A stretch of DNA of 64,000 bases from Chloroflexota bacterium (GTDB lineage: Bacteria; Chloroflexota; UBA11872; VXOZ01). Under the pieces are notes generated by a model. The model searched no databases. It was given only the letters and a program-made list of their open reading frames with translations, and had not been told where the DNA came from. The stretch covers positions 1,376,001 through 1,440,000 of the forward strand of contig OY760183.1 in assembly GCA_963663275.1 (NCBI GenBank), given 5' to 3'. Of this stretch, positions 37,779-48,299 are shown in pieces. Within the stretch, counting starts at the first letter, position 1, and every line of letters begins with the position of its first letter. Both the position numbers and the translations under genes were made by a program.

Positions 37779-39509
37779 TTATGCGTCGTGGGCGCCGCGG
37801 TCGAATCCGGCCACCTGCAAATCTTGCAGCACGAACTCCAGCCGGGAATAGCCGCCCCACGTGTTCTCTTGCAACGAATATACCACATCGAGGGCCTGGC
37901 CTCTTGCCAATGCCCGGCCCCGGTCGGCCATGCGGAAGCCGATGCCCGTCACCGACGCGCCGCCGAGGTCGAACGTGGCGCGCAGGTGGTTGGCGCCGAC
38001 GGTGCGCTTGCCGCTCAGCGTCAGGCCGCGGCTGAGGAAGCGCGGCTCCGGATTGCTTGCGCCAAAGGGGGCGAGGACGTTGACCTCATCGAGCACGTCG
38101 AGGCTCATCCGCTGCGCGGACACTTGGCAGTCGATGGCCAGTTGCGGTTGCAAGGCGGCGCGCTCCAGCAGCCGGCGCGCGTCGGTTTGCAGCCCGGAGC
38201 GCAGCGCGGCGCGGTTCGCTGGCGCCACGGCAAAGCCGGCCGCCTGGGGATGCCCGCCGTGGCGCCGCATCAGGCCGCCGTGGGCGGCCAGCGCGGCGGC
38301 AATGTCGTAGCCCTGGATGCTGCGGCAGGAACCCACGGCTTCGTCTTTGCCCACGGCGACGGCGAGCGTGGGTTTGCCAAACTCTTCGGCGAGTCTGCCC
38401 GCCACCAGCCCGATGATGCCGGCCGGCCAGTCGGCGCCTTCCACCCAGAGCAGCGCCTCGTCCTCCTGGGACGGTTCCACCTGTTGGCGCGCTTCATCGA
38501 TGAGGCGCTGCGTCTCGTCCTGGCGTAGCCGGTTGAGTTGCTGCAATTCCGCCGCCAAGTCACGCGCGTGCGCCGGGTCTTTCGTCGTCAAGAGTTCGAA
38601 TGCCAGGCGGGGATGCGCCATGCGGCCGGCGGCGTTGAGGCGCGGGGCCAGCGTGAAGCCAATGCTGCGGCTGTCGATGGCCGACTGCTCTATGCCGGCG
38701 ACGTCCATGAGCGCCACCAGTCCCGGCTGCGTCGTGCGCCGCAGCGCCTGAATGCCGGCGGCGACCAGCGCGCGGTTTTCGCTGCGCAAGGGCACCACGT
38801 CGGCCACCGTGGCGAGCGCGGCGAGCGCGCGGAGTTCGGCAATGGCGAAAGACTGGGCTTCGCCGCCGCCGCCTGCCGCCGACAGGAGCGCGCAGCCTAG
38901 CTTGTAGGCCAAGCCGGCCCCGCAGAGTTCCGCGAAAGGATAGGCGCAATCGGGCAGCCAGGGATTGATGATCGCCCGCGCCGCAGGCAGAACCGGCGGC
39001 GGCTGGTGGTGGTCGGTGACGATCACGTCCATGCCCCGCGCCGCCGCCGCGGCAACCGGTTCAACGGCGCTGATGCCGCAGTCCACGGTGATGAGCAGTT
39101 CGACGCCTTGCGCGGCCAGCGTTTCGATGACGCGCTCGGTCAGGCCGTAGCCGTCCGCGACCCGGTCCGGCAATTGCACGACGGCGGGCGCGCCCAGTCT
39201 CTCCAGCGCCTCTTTGAGAATCACGGCGGCGGTGATGCCGTCGGCGTCGTAGTCGCCAAAGACGCCGATGCGCTCGCCGTCCCGGACCGCCCGCAGGATG
39301 CGCTCAACCGCCGCATCCATGCCCTTCAGGAGAAACGGGTCGTGCTCCCGCGCGTCCTCGCCGGTGAAGAAGCCCTGGATGGTCTCCGGTGTGGTGTAGC
39401 CCCGGTTGTAGAGCAGTTGCACGACCAGGGGATTGCGGGCCGGGAACGCGGTGAAGAGCGAGTCCGGCGCGCGGGCCGCTACCTGCCACTGAAACTGGGG
39501 CGCGAGCAT
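37779..39509 (-). CDS. recJ: Single-stranded-DNA-specific exonuclease RecJ
   Basis: GDYDADG, ITVDCG, TDHH, PRLNAAGR, GGHPQAAG motifs. Confidence 0.95.
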   Translation of the reverse strand: MLAPQFQWQVAARAPDSLFTAFPARNPLVVQLLYNRGYTTPETIQGFFTGEDAREHDPFLLKGMDAAVERILRAVRDGERIGVFGDYDADGITAAVILKEALERLGAPAVVQLPDRVADGYGLTERVIETLAAQGVELLITVDCGISAVEPVAAAAARGMDVIVTDHHQPPPVLPAARAIINPWLPDCAYPFAELCGAGLAYKLGCALLSAAGGGGEAQSFAIAELRALAALATVADVVPLRSENRALVAAGIQALRRTTQPGLVALMDVAGIEQSAIDSRSIGFTLAPRLNAAGRMAHPRLAFELLTTKDPAHARDLAAELQQLNRLRQDETQRLIDEARQQVEPSQEDEALLWVEGADWPAGIIGLVAGRLAEEFGKPTLAVAVGKDEAVGSCRSIQGYDIAAALAAHGGLMRRHGGHPQAAGFAVAPANRAALRSGLQTDARRLLERAALQPQLAIDCQVSAQRMSLDVLDEVNVLAPFGASNPEPRFLSRGLTLSGKRTVGANHLRATFDLGGASVTGIGFRMADRGRALARGQALDVVYSLQENTWGGYSRLEFVLQDLQVAGFDRGAHDA

Positions 39510-39882
39510 ATAGTTTCCTTGCGTGAAGTGTCAATCCAGTAAGCCTTTGCAGGTATTATACCACGCGCGGCAGCGCGCGTACCCCGGCGCATGGGCCGCG
39601 GAGGATGAGCATTTCTTGTCACGCTTGAGGCGCATCGCGGAGGGGCGTTGGCCAATGCCGTCCGTCGGCCTCGGGGCTCTCCACCCGTTCGCCCGGATTC
39701 TGCCCAACGCCGTTCGCCTGGAACCTGTCACTCCCGTTCGCCCTGAGCGTGTCGAAGGGCAGGTCCGCGCAGTGCGGAGCAGAGGCGGGCGGCAATGGGT
39801 AGTCACGCGCTGAGAATTTGTGCTATCGTCCCCGTAGAGGATGCGAAGCGGCAACGCCGCCAGCGGCACGGAAAGGCGAACG

Positions 39883-40776
39883 ATGCTACGGATCGCGCGG
39901 GAGCACTATACGTACAGCTTCGACAAAGACGCGCCGGCAATCGCCGAAATTAAGTCCGGCGACCGCCTCACGCTCGAGACGCATGACTCCTCTACCGGCC
40001 GCATCAAGCGCCGCGAAGACCTGGACTACTACCTCTCCGTGCGCAAGACCCGCGAATCGAACCCGGCCTGCGGGCCGGTGACGGTGCGCGGCGCCATGCC
40101 CGGCGACGGGCTGAACGTCCGTATCGAGCAGATCAAGCTGGTGCCGCCCGGCATCCTGCGCTTTACGCCGGGGTTCGGCATTCTGAACGACGCGGCGGAG
40201 GCGCCCGCGATCGTGATGGTGGACGTGGAAGGCGATACCCTCGTGCTGGACAACGGCATTCGCCTGCCGGCGCGCCCCATGGTCGGCGTGGTGGGCACGG
40301 CGCTGCCGGACCGGGTGGTCTACACTGCCGATCCGGACATAAACGGCAGCAACATGGACTGCAACAGCATTGCCGAAGGCACGGTGGTGCACGTGCCGGT
40401 ATGGGTACCGGGCGCGCAGTTCGGCCTGGGCGACGTGCACGCCGCCATGGGCGACGCGGAATCCACCGGCGGCGCGATTGAAATCTCCGCCGACGTGACC
40501 GTGCAAATAGACGTCGTGAAAAACGCCGGTTGGGAGAAGGTGTGGTGGGAGACGGACGATTCCTGGATTACCTACGGCCACGGCGAGACGCTGGAAATCG
40601 CTACGCGCGCGGCGGTGGCGGACATGTCCGGGCTGCTTTCGCGGCAACTGGACGTGCCTTTCCATGAGGGCTTCATGCTCATCAGCGCCTATGGCGACGT
40701 GCGCATCGGCCAAGCCGCCAACTGCGGCCTGGACGTGACATCCTGGGTAGAATTTCCTAAAGTAACCAAAGAGTGA
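39883..40776 (+). CDS. Acetamidase/formamidase family protein
   Basis: NPACGP..V.GA.PGD, NMD, GDVHAAMGDAE motifs. Confidence 0.9.
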   Translation: MLRIAREHYTYSFDKDAPAIAEIKSGDRLTLETHDSSTGRIKRREDLDYYLSVRKTRESNPACGPVTVRGAMPGDGLNVRIEQIKLVPPGILRFTPGFGILNDAAEAPAIVMVDVEGDTLVLDNGIRLPARPMVGVVGTALPDRVVYTADPDINGSNMDCNSIAEGTVVHVPVWVPGAQFGLGDVHAAMGDAESTGGAIEISADVTVQIDVVKNAGWEKVWWETDDSWITYGHGETLEIATRAAVADMSGLLSRQLDVPFHEGFMLISAYGDVRIGQAANCGLDVTSWVEFPKVTKE

Positions 40777-40815
40777 CACCGGCGCGGTTCCTATCACGAA
40801 GACGTGGAGGATGCG

Positions 40816-42075
40816 ATGAGCGAGCAACCACCCCCGGATGAAGACAGGGAAGACGGACGGCCTTTGCCCGGTCCCCAGCGCGGCAGCGCGGACGACGCGG
40901 AGGCGCGGCGCAAGACCCAGCGCGAGCGCACGATTGGCATTATCGTCATCGCTGTCATCGCGGTCGTGGCGCTCTTTGCTTTTGTAGTCTATCCCCGTTT
41001 CCTGCAGCCGCTCCAGCAGCAAACGGTCGCCAATATGCGCGGCGGGCCGGAAGCGGCGGCGCAGGAGCACTTCACGCGCTCGATCGAATACCTCAACGAG
41101 TACGACTTCAATGGCGCTATGCGGGAACTGGATAGCGCCGTAGAACTGGATGGGGACAACCCGCAATACCGGTTGCTCCGCGCGATCGTGGCCGTGCAAC
41201 TCGACCGCTTGAGCAAGGCGCTGGACGACCTCGACACCCTCATCGAGGCGGATCCCGGCATGGTAGACGCCTACGAAATGCGCGCTAACGTCTACCTGCT
41301 GCAGGAAGAGTACGAACGGGCGCTGGACGACGCCAGCTACGCGCTTTCTCTGGATTCCGAGACCGCGCACCGCTACCTGACTCGGGCGAAGGTGTATCAG
41401 GGCATGGGTGAGTACGAAAAGGCGTTGGGTGACGTGGACGACGCGATACTCCTGGATCCGGCAAACCCGGAGGCCTATCGCGTGCGGGCGTACCTGGGCG
41501 TGAAGGTGGGCGCTTGCATGGCCGCGCTGGCGGACGCCAACGTGGTTACGGAAATGGCGCCGGACTACTCCGGCGCGTATCTGGCCCGCATCGCCGTCTA
41601 CCTGGCGCTGGAGCAGTACGAAGACGCCATCACCGACGCCACCCGCGAGATCAACATGGCGCCGGAGGTCAGTTTTGGCTACAACGCCCGCGCGTGGGCC
41701 TACGCCAAGGCCGGCCAGTATGAGCGGGCGCTGGCAGACGCCAACCGGTCAATCGAACTGGATGACGAGTGCGCCGAGTGCTACGATACGCGCTCGCTGG
41801 CGCTCCTGGGTCTGGGTGACCTCAACGCGGCGGAGTCGGACGCGGATCGGGCGCTGCAACTGAGCGACCGCGCCGGCTGGGCCTACGTGGGACGCGCTAA
41901 GGTCTTCCTGGCCAAGAACAGGCTGGACGCGGCGCTGGCCGATGCTAACGCCGCGGCGGAAAGCAGCCCCAACGAGCGCGAGGTCTACAACATCCGCGCC
42001 CAAATCTACCGCGCCATGGGCCGCACCAGCGAGGCCAACCGCGACGAGGCCCGCAAGCAGGCGCTTTCCTGCTGA
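40816..42075 (+). CDS. Membrane-anchored tetratricopeptide repeat protein
   Basis: N-terminal TM helix; 34-aa AY..RA..Y....YE.AL.D repeats. Confidence 0.9.
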   Translation: MSEQPPPDEDREDGRPLPGPQRGSADDAEARRKTQRERTIGIIVIAVIAVVALFAFVVYPRFLQPLQQQTVANMRGGPEAAAQEHFTRSIEYLNEYDFNGAMRELDSAVELDGDNPQYRLLRAIVAVQLDRLSKALDDLDTLIEADPGMVDAYEMRANVYLLQEEYERALDDASYALSLDSETAHRYLTRAKVYQGMGEYEKALGDVDDAILLDPANPEAYRVRAYLGVKVGACMAALADANVVTEMAPDYSGAYLARIAVYLALEQYEDAITDATREINMAPEVSFGYNARAWAYAKAGQYERALADANRSIELDDECAECYDTRSLALLGLGDLNAAESDADRALQLSDRAGWAYVGRAKVFLAKNRLDAALADANAAAESSPNEREVYNIRAQIYRAMGRTSEANRDEARKQALSC

Positions 42076-42150
42076 TCCCCGTATCCCCGCTCGCTATGGT
42101 TGGCTTTGCATAACCATCGTCGTCAGGCGAATACGCTCACTCTCCCTGGG

Positions 42151-42446
42151 GAGACCTTTGCGTAACCGGAGAGGGAATTAACGAGGCCCACCGCGCACGC
42201 GCCTCTTGTCCACTCTCCCCACAGGAGAGGCTGACAGGGGTATGTATTCTATGAACGACTTCACGTGTCATTCCGAGCGGAGCGCAGCGGAGAGAGGAAT
42301 CTAAGGCGTTCGCTGTAGAAACGTCGGTTCTAGATTCCTCGCTCCGCTCGGAATGACACGTGCCTAGCCCTGTCAGCCCAGGAGAGGGGATAAGAGGCGC
42401 GCGCGCTGAAATTCGTCTGTTCCCTCTCCGGTTACGTAAAGGTCTC
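42151..42446. mobile_element. Nested MITE-like composite
   Basis: Outer TIR GAGACCTTTGCGTAACCGGAGAGGGAA; inner element 42229-42378 with TIR GGCTGACAGGG and 7-bp CAGGAGA duplication; REP doublet 42262-42362. Confidence 0.75.
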
Positions 42447-42748
42447 CAAAGGGAGAGGGAGACTTTTCGCCTGCCGGGTCTCGTTATGCATAGGTCTCTT
42501 GGGGGGTGAGGGGGAATGGCAGCCAGCCGGCCCGCTCACGTACTCTCGGTAGAACTGCGCAAAGGTCCTCTCATAGCCTGCACGGCAGCACTGGCGCGCA
42601 CAGTGCGCGCTTAGCGCCACTGCTCCGCAAACGACACAGAATGGTGTACCGTTCACGGTTCGGCCGCGCCCGGAACACTGAACCGGGTACGCTAGAGTAG
42701 CCGTGACCGCGGTATCCCCGGACTCCCGCGTTTACAGCAGGTGGCAAG

Positions 42749-43558
42749 ATGATGCTGGATATGGCATCACGTACAGGCCCTAAGGCGTTTGGCAGAGCGT
42801 ACCAGCGTATGCTCGAGAACGACACCCATGCCCCGGGAAGTGTCGATCGTGAACTTGCGGCGAGCATGGTCAGGCTCTGCGAAGAAACTGCTGCCCATTT
42901 ATACAACGCATACACTGACCTGCATGTCGGCTACGTCACGGGGTCTCGTCCCGCTCTTGAAGAAACCCTTTCTGAAATCACACTCACAGCAGTTGCTCCC
43001 GGGCAGTTGATTTCTGCTATCGCGAACTTCACACAAGGGCTGGCGGGGAAGAGGCCGCGTGGACTGGATGCGATGCGCTTCGGCGGGACGGAAGAGCAGA
43101 TCATCGAGAGAGGCTCCGAATGGTGTACTGACGTGGCACGCGTGGGGTGCGCACTGTATCAAATCGCCGGCTTTCCCAGTCGCACCGTGAACCTTTTCAA
43201 CCTCGCTGCGGCGTACAGCGGGCACGTCATCGTCGAAGTCTACCGTTCTGAGACGTGGGGAGCTATCGACACTAATTCAGCCGTCGTCTATCAAAAGGAC
43301 GATGGCGCTCCCGCGACCACGTGGGAGCTCATGAACGACGCCCAATTGGTAGACCGGCACAAGGGTCCTGAAGCGTGGTACACCCAGCCGGAGCAGTTCG
43401 CGGCAGCCGGTATTGCCAACTACTCCGTGCGTGACGCGCAGCGGTATGACTACACGGTGAGCGGATTGAACGACTACTATCGCGCTATCTTGACAATGGG
43501 CGGCCAGGGTTGGCCGGGCGGCCTGCGTTGGCTTCATGGCGAGGACGGGGAGAGGTAG
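42749..43558 (+). CDS. Transglutaminase-like domain protein
   Basis: Putative Cys-His-Asp triad: WCTDVAR, GHVIVE, WGAID. Confidence 0.75.
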   Translation: MMLDMASRTGPKAFGRAYQRMLENDTHAPGSVDRELAASMVRLCEETAAHLYNAYTDLHVGYVTGSRPALEETLSEITLTAVAPGQLISAIANFTQGLAGKRPRGLDAMRFGGTEEQIIERGSEWCTDVARVGCALYQIAGFPSRTVNLFNLAAAYSGHVIVEVYRSETWGAIDTNSAVVYQKDDGAPATTWELMNDAQLVDRHKGPEAWYTQPEQFAAAGIANYSVRDAQRYDYTVSGLNDYYRAILTMGGQGWPGGLRWLHGEDGER

Positions 43559-43619
43559 GTGGTCTCAATCCGCTATGCCGGCAGGAAGCACCGCACGATT
43601 TAGATAGAAGCGCTGGGAG

Positions 43620-44027
43620 TCAAAAAAGTTCGCTGAGCGCCTCTTGCGGAACAACCGCGCGGATTGGCGAACGATTGTAGTCTCTGACGTTCCTCGTGAC
43701 AATGTGCCGCGCCCCGCAGGCACGGGCGGCGGCCACCTGCATCGCGTCCTCGAAATCAGCCATCGGCAGTGCAGCGGCATAGCGGATGCCGTCGGTGTCG
43801 GTCGTCGCCACCGCCACAATGCGCGTGAGTTCGACAATGAAGTCGCGCGTGTTCACGCCGCCCAGCGCGGGTGCCACGAGGTAATAGAGGTTAGCAACGG
43901 AGTGCCACGCGATGGATGCCGCCTCCGCGCCATGCTCGATCCGGTCAAGTAGCTCCGCGGCCGGCTCGGCGTGCGGATGCCGGTCCAGAGCGACGTCGAT
44001 GAGCACGTCTGTATCAAGCAGGATCAT
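43620..44027 (-). CDS. PIN domain toxin (VapC-like)
   Basis: LLDTDVLID, DFEDAMQ, IVTRN motifs. Confidence 0.9.
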   Translation of the reverse strand: MILLDTDVLIDVALDRHPHAEPAAELLDRIEHGAEAASIAWHSVANLYYLVAPALGGVNTRDFIVELTRIVAVATTDTDGIRYAAALPMADFEDAMQVAAARACGARHIVTRNVRDYNRSPIRAVVPQEALSELF

Positions 44028-44251
44028 CGCAGGTACTTCTCGGCCAGCGCGGCGTAGCGCGGATCGTCTTCACGTTCCGCCGCCCGAAACTTGCCGCGCC
44101 ACCGGGAAGAGAACGATGGCGCATCCTCCCCCGCCAGTTCCCTGAGCGACCGCTCGATCAGCGAAGAAAGGGACACGCCGCGTGCGCGGGCGTACCGTTT
44201 CGCCACGGGCAAGAGTTCGGCATCCACCGTGATAGTAAGTTTTTGCTTCAT
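44024..44251 (-). CDS. Ribbon-helix-helix antitoxin (DUF6364-like)
   Basis: MKQKLTITVD...AKRYA..RGVSLSSLIE; 4-bp overlap with PIN gene. Confidence 0.85.
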   Translation of the reverse strand: MKQKLTITVDAELLPVAKRYARARGVSLSSLIERSLRELAGEDAPSFSSRWRGKFRAAEREDDPRYAALAEKYLR

Positions 44252-44277
44252 GTCGGCCCATACCTCTTCTATAAAGT

Positions 44278-44306
44278 ACACGTATATCCTTGATTAGTAT
44301 ACGTGT
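44278..44306. promoter_or_regulatory. Putative TA autoregulatory operator
   Basis: ACACGTATA-11 bp-TATACGTGT inverted repeat upstream of antitoxin. Confidence 0.55.
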
Positions 44307-44479
44307 CTCGGGACTGAATGGCAAGTGGCCTTATCCCGATGACTCTTCGTGTGAAGTCGCTGCCGCAACGACGCGCCGATTGTTCGCAAGCGATTGCCCG
44401 GGGAACATCTGGGCCAGTCGCAAAACGCGCTTCACAGCTAATGAAGCATCACGCAGTCTGCGCCAGAATTCAGCCGTAG

Positions 44480-45607
44480 CTAACGCAGTTCGAGAATCTT
44501 CTCGATCTCCCCCACGTCGTTGGGGGCCGGTGCTACGTCTCGGGCGACGTCGAGGGCGATTTGCGGGTCTTTGAGGCCGTGGCCGGTGAGGATGCAGGCG
44601 ATGCGGTCGGTGGGTTTTACCTCGCCGGCGGCGGCCATTTTGAGGACGCCGGCCACCGAGGCGGCTGACGCCGGTTCGGCAAAGACGCCTTCACACTCCG
44701 CCAGGAGTTTGTACGCATCCAGGATTTCGGCATCGCTCACCGTATCGATCAGGCCGCCGGAATCGTCGCGGGCGCGCACGGCGCGCTGCCAGTTGGCCGG
44801 ATTGCCAATGCGCAGCGCCGACGCCACGGTATCGGGGTTTTCTATGGGCCGGTTCTGCACGATGGCGGCGGCGCCCTCCGCCTCGAAGCCCCACATGCGG
44901 GGGAGGTTGGTCGTGTGTCCCGCCCGGCGGTATTCGCGAAAACCCATCCAGTAGCTGGTGATGTTGCCGGCGTTGCCGACCGGGATGGCGAGAATGTCCG
45001 GCGCGCCGTCCAGCGCGTCGCAGATTTCGAACGCCGCCGTCTTCTGCCCTTGCAGCCGGTAGGGATTGATGGAGTTGACCACCGTAATCGGATTGCGCGC
45101 CGTAATCTCGCGCACGATGCGCAGGGCGTCGTCGAAGGTGCCGTCCAGGCTGACAACCACCGCGCCGTAGATCAGCGCCTGGGCCAGTTTGCCCAAGGCG
45201 ATCTTGCCCTGGGAGACGACGACCACCGCCTTGATCTGGGCGGCGGCGGCATACGCGGCGGCGGCGGCGCTGGTGTTGCCGGTGGAGGCGCACATGATGG
45301 CCTGTGAGCCTTCCTCCAACGCCTTGGCCACGGCCATCACCATGCCCCGGTCCTTGAACGAGCCGGTGGGATTGCAGCCTTCCAGCTTGAGCCAAAGCTC
45401 GGCGCACCCCACGCGCTCTTCGATTGCGCGCGCGCGCACCAGCGGCGTGAAGCCCTCGCCCCGGCCGATGAGCGGCGTGCGCTCCGTTATGGGCAGATAC
45501 GGGCGGTAGTGGGCCAGCAAGTTGCGGCCCGCGTTCCCAGCCTCCCCGCCTGGGGCCTCGGCCATGGGGCCTGCGCTCTCGGTCGTGGATCCTGCCTTGG
45601 AAGCCAC
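44480..45607 (-). CDS. thrC: Threonine synthase
   Basis: NPTGSFKDRG, CASTGNT, PVGNAGN, EPASA motifs. Confidence 0.95.
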   Translation of the reverse strand: MASKAGSTTESAGPMAEAPGGEAGNAGRNLLAHYRPYLPITERTPLIGRGEGFTPLVRARAIEERVGCAELWLKLEGCNPTGSFKDRGMVMAVAKALEEGSQAIMCASTGNTSAAAAAYAAAAQIKAVVVVSQGKIALGKLAQALIYGAVVVSLDGTFDDALRIVREITARNPITVVNSINPYRLQGQKTAAFEICDALDGAPDILAIPVGNAGNITSYWMGFREYRRAGHTTNLPRMWGFEAEGAAAIVQNRPIENPDTVASALRIGNPANWQRAVRARDDSGGLIDTVSDAEILDAYKLLAECEGVFAEPASAASVAGVLKMAAAGEVKPTDRIACILTGHGLKDPQIALDVARDVAPAPNDVGEIEKILELR

Positions 45608-45759
45608 CGTACATTATCCTTACAGTTGCGTCATTTCGGTAATTTTGTCCGCCATTCCCGATTGCGTAAGGTTGCTCGCCCCTGTGTTAGGTTATTCGTG
45701 CATGTGTTGGGCAAATCGTTGACGGCATGCGCTCTCCGACCTGAAGCGTTGACAGGTGG

Positions 45760-45853
45760 TGTCATTCCGAGCGGAGCGAGGAATCTGGGGTGCTTGGCCT
45801 TTAGGACTTCGCGCAGCATGGATTCTAGATTCCTCGCTCCGCTCGGAATGACA
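45760..45853. repeat. GTCATTCC-type REP doublet
   Basis: tgtcattccgagcggagcgaggaatct ... agattcctcgctccgctcggaatgaca; same family as 42262-42362. Confidence 0.8.
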
Positions 45854-45959
45854 ATTCTGAGTGGTTTGCTTCTACGTTTCTTCTTCCTTATCCTTCAACG
45901 CATTAACCGACGCGGACTATTCGGCGAAAGCCGACAGCCGGCCATGCCCGGCACAAAGG

Positions 45960-46016
45960 CGCAGGTTGCAAACCTACGCTACCGTGTGTAAGCAGGTTAC
46001 AAACCTGCGCTACCGG
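45960..46016. repeat. Two GTAG-type REP copies
   Basis: gcaggttacaaacctgcgctaccgg family. Confidence 0.7.
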
Positions 46017-46040
46017 AGGCGCGGGTTCTTGCCGCGGCCT

Positions 46041-47360
46041 TCACGTCCGGGCTGTTTCGCCCAGATCCACGATGCGGAGGAATCCCGCCACTTTGGCGAC
46101 CACGTCCAGGGCCGCGATGTCTTGCAGGGCGGCCCGCATGGCGCGTTCTTGGGCGTGGTGGGTAGTAATCACGACCTCCGCGGTCTGGTTGGCCGGGTCC
46201 GTTTCTTTCTGGATGACGGAAGCGATGCTGATGTGGTTTTGCCCGCAGACCGTCGCGATCTTCGCCAGCACGCCCGGCCGGTCGGTCACCCACAGCCGGA
46301 AGTAGAACCGGGTTTCCACGTCGTCCGGCGGCCGCATGGTCTTGGCGGAATCGACCGTGTAAGGAATGCGGTTGGTCACGCCGCTGATGATATTGTGCGC
46401 CACGTCGATCACGTCGGCCACGATGGCGCTGGCCGTTGGCTCCGAGCCCGCGCCGCGGCCGTAGAACATGACGTTCCCCACCAGGTCGCCCACCACGTAC
46501 ACTGCATTATACACGCCGTCTACGCTGGCAAGGGGCGCAGACTGGGGCGCCAGCGCGGGATACACCGACGCCTCATACCGACCTCCGTTCTGCCGGGCCA
46601 GCGCCAGGAGCTTGATGACGTAGCCGAGGTCTTCGGCGTAGCGAAAGTCGGCCGGTTCCAGTTGCATGATGCCTTCACGGTAGATGGCCGCGGGATCGAC
46701 CTCGGTGCGGAATGCGAGCGAGGCCAGGATTGCCAGCTTGAACGCGGCGTCGATGCCCTCCACGTCTTTGGTGGGATCGGCCTCGGCGTAGCCCAGTCGT
46801 TGGGCCTCGGCCAGCACGTCCGGCAGGGCCGCGCCTTCCCGGGACATGCGGGTCAGGATGTAGTTGGTGGTGCCGTTGATGATGGCGTAGATTTCGTGAA
46901 TCTCATTCGCTGCCAGGTCGGAGCGAAACGAGCCGATCAGGGGGATGCCGCCACCCACGCTCGCCTCGTAATAGACGTCCACGCCCTGTTGGCTGGCGAG
47001 GCGCAGGAGTTCCGAACCGCGCGCCGCCATAACGTCCTTGTTGGCGGTGACCAGGTGCTTGCCGGCCTGGAGCGCGCGCTTGGCGTAAGCGTAGGCCGGA
47101 TCGACGCCGCCAATCAGCTCGATCACGACGTGGATGTCCGGGTCGTCCAGAATGTCGTCGGGATTGGTGGTTAGCAGCGCGGGGTTCACGTCCACGCCGC
47201 GTTCCTTGGCCGTCTCCCGCACGAGGACTTTCTTCACGCGCAGGCTGCGGCCCGTCTCCCGCTTGAGCGCGCGGGCCTTCTCGCGCAGGATGCACAGCAC
47301 GCCGGTCCCGACCACGCCGAGACCCATCAGTCCGATATTTATCGTTTTGTCATCACTCAC
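46041..47360 (-). CDS. hom: Homoserine dehydrogenase
   Basis: GLGVVG, VTANK, EASVGGGIP, GYAEADP, C-terminal ACT domain. Confidence 0.95.
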   Translation of the reverse strand: MSDDKTINIGLMGLGVVGTGVLCILREKARALKRETGRSLRVKKVLVRETAKERGVDVNPALLTTNPDDILDDPDIHVVIELIGGVDPAYAYAKRALQAGKHLVTANKDVMAARGSELLRLASQQGVDVYYEASVGGGIPLIGSFRSDLAANEIHEIYAIINGTTNYILTRMSREGAALPDVLAEAQRLGYAEADPTKDVEGIDAAFKLAILASLAFRTEVDPAAIYREGIMQLEPADFRYAEDLGYVIKLLALARQNGGRYEASVYPALAPQSAPLASVDGVYNAVYVVGDLVGNVMFYGRGAGSEPTASAIVADVIDVAHNIISGVTNRIPYTVDSAKTMRPPDDVETRFYFRLWVTDRPGVLAKIATVCGQNHISIASVIQKETDPANQTAEVVITTHHAQERAMRAALQDIAALDVVAKVAGFLRIVDLGETART

Positions 47361-47508
47361 CGAGCGTTCCGCTCCTTTGTCGTGTTTGGCGCCGCGGACG
47401 GCGCGGCCCCTAATTGCCGGTTAATGGATGCTGCTCGAATAGCCTAAGGCTGAATTCAGCGGCGGCGCTTGCGCTTGGCGGGCTCGCCTCGTGGCGCGCG
47501 ATCAGACT

Positions 47509-47706
47509 CCCTCTCCCCGGGGAGAGGGCAGGGGTGAGGGGGAATCCTCGCCGGTTCCGCCCCATCTCGCAAGAATAACGTATGATTCGCCGCGTAATCT
47601 CCCCTCACCCTAGCCCTCTCCCCCAGGAGAGGGGATAAGAGGCGCGCGCTGAGCTTCGTCTGTTCCCTCTCCGGTTACGCAAATCTCTCCTCGGGGAGAG
47701 GGGACA
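47509..47706. repeat. BoxC-like inverted pair plus half copy of the 42151-42446 element
   Basis: 47624-47690 matches 42379-42447 without the inner insertion. Confidence 0.7.
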
Positions 47707-47749
47707 GGATGGCAGTTTCGTTCTGTGCCGGTTCTGCTTGGAAACGGCG

Positions 47750-48286
47750 CTAGGTGGAGCCAATGCGATGGACGAAGAAGAGCGCCACGTCCTGGGTTGG
47801 ATAGTACCGGTCATTGTACCCGCTGTAGGCAAAGCCGTTCTTTTGCAGGAACTGTATCGCCGGATAGTTACGCGATTGCACGTCCATGCAGAGTCCTTGC
47901 AGCCGGTTGTGCTTGGCCCAGTTCAGGCCGGTGCGCAGCAGCGCGGAGCCGACGCCGCGCCGCCGCAGATCCGGGCGGACGACGACGCTCTGGATGAGGC
48001 CGCTGCCCAGCCGCCGGGGCGTCACCATGTCCAGGTAGCCGAAGATCACGTCTTCCTCTTCCGCCACCAGGAAGAGGTCGCCGTTGCGCCAATCGTCGTG
48101 CAGATCGTCCGGGTCCAGGGGCGGCCGCAGCGTGAGGACGCGGGGCAGGCGGCGGGCCTGGAAGCCGGACAGCTTGCGGTTGCCCTCCCAGCGCGTTTCC
48201 ATCGCCCACACAGTCTGCGTCTGATAGGAAGCGTCCAGCCGTATGCAGGCGGTAATGTCGTTGCGTTCGGCGCGGCGTACACGCAT
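47750..48286 (-). CDS. GNAT family N-acetyltransferase
   Basis: VRPDLRRRGVG, NYPAIQFLQKNGF motifs. Confidence 0.9.
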   Translation of the reverse strand: MRVRRAERNDITACIRLDASYQTQTVWAMETRWEGNRKLSGFQARRLPRVLTLRPPLDPDDLHDDWRNGDLFLVAEEEDVIFGYLDMVTPRRLGSGLIQSVVVRPDLRRRGVGSALLRTGLNWAKHNRLQGLCMDVQSRNYPAIQFLQKNGFAYSGYNDRYYPTQDVALFFVHRIGST

Positions 48287-48299
48287 GAGCAGGCCTGGC

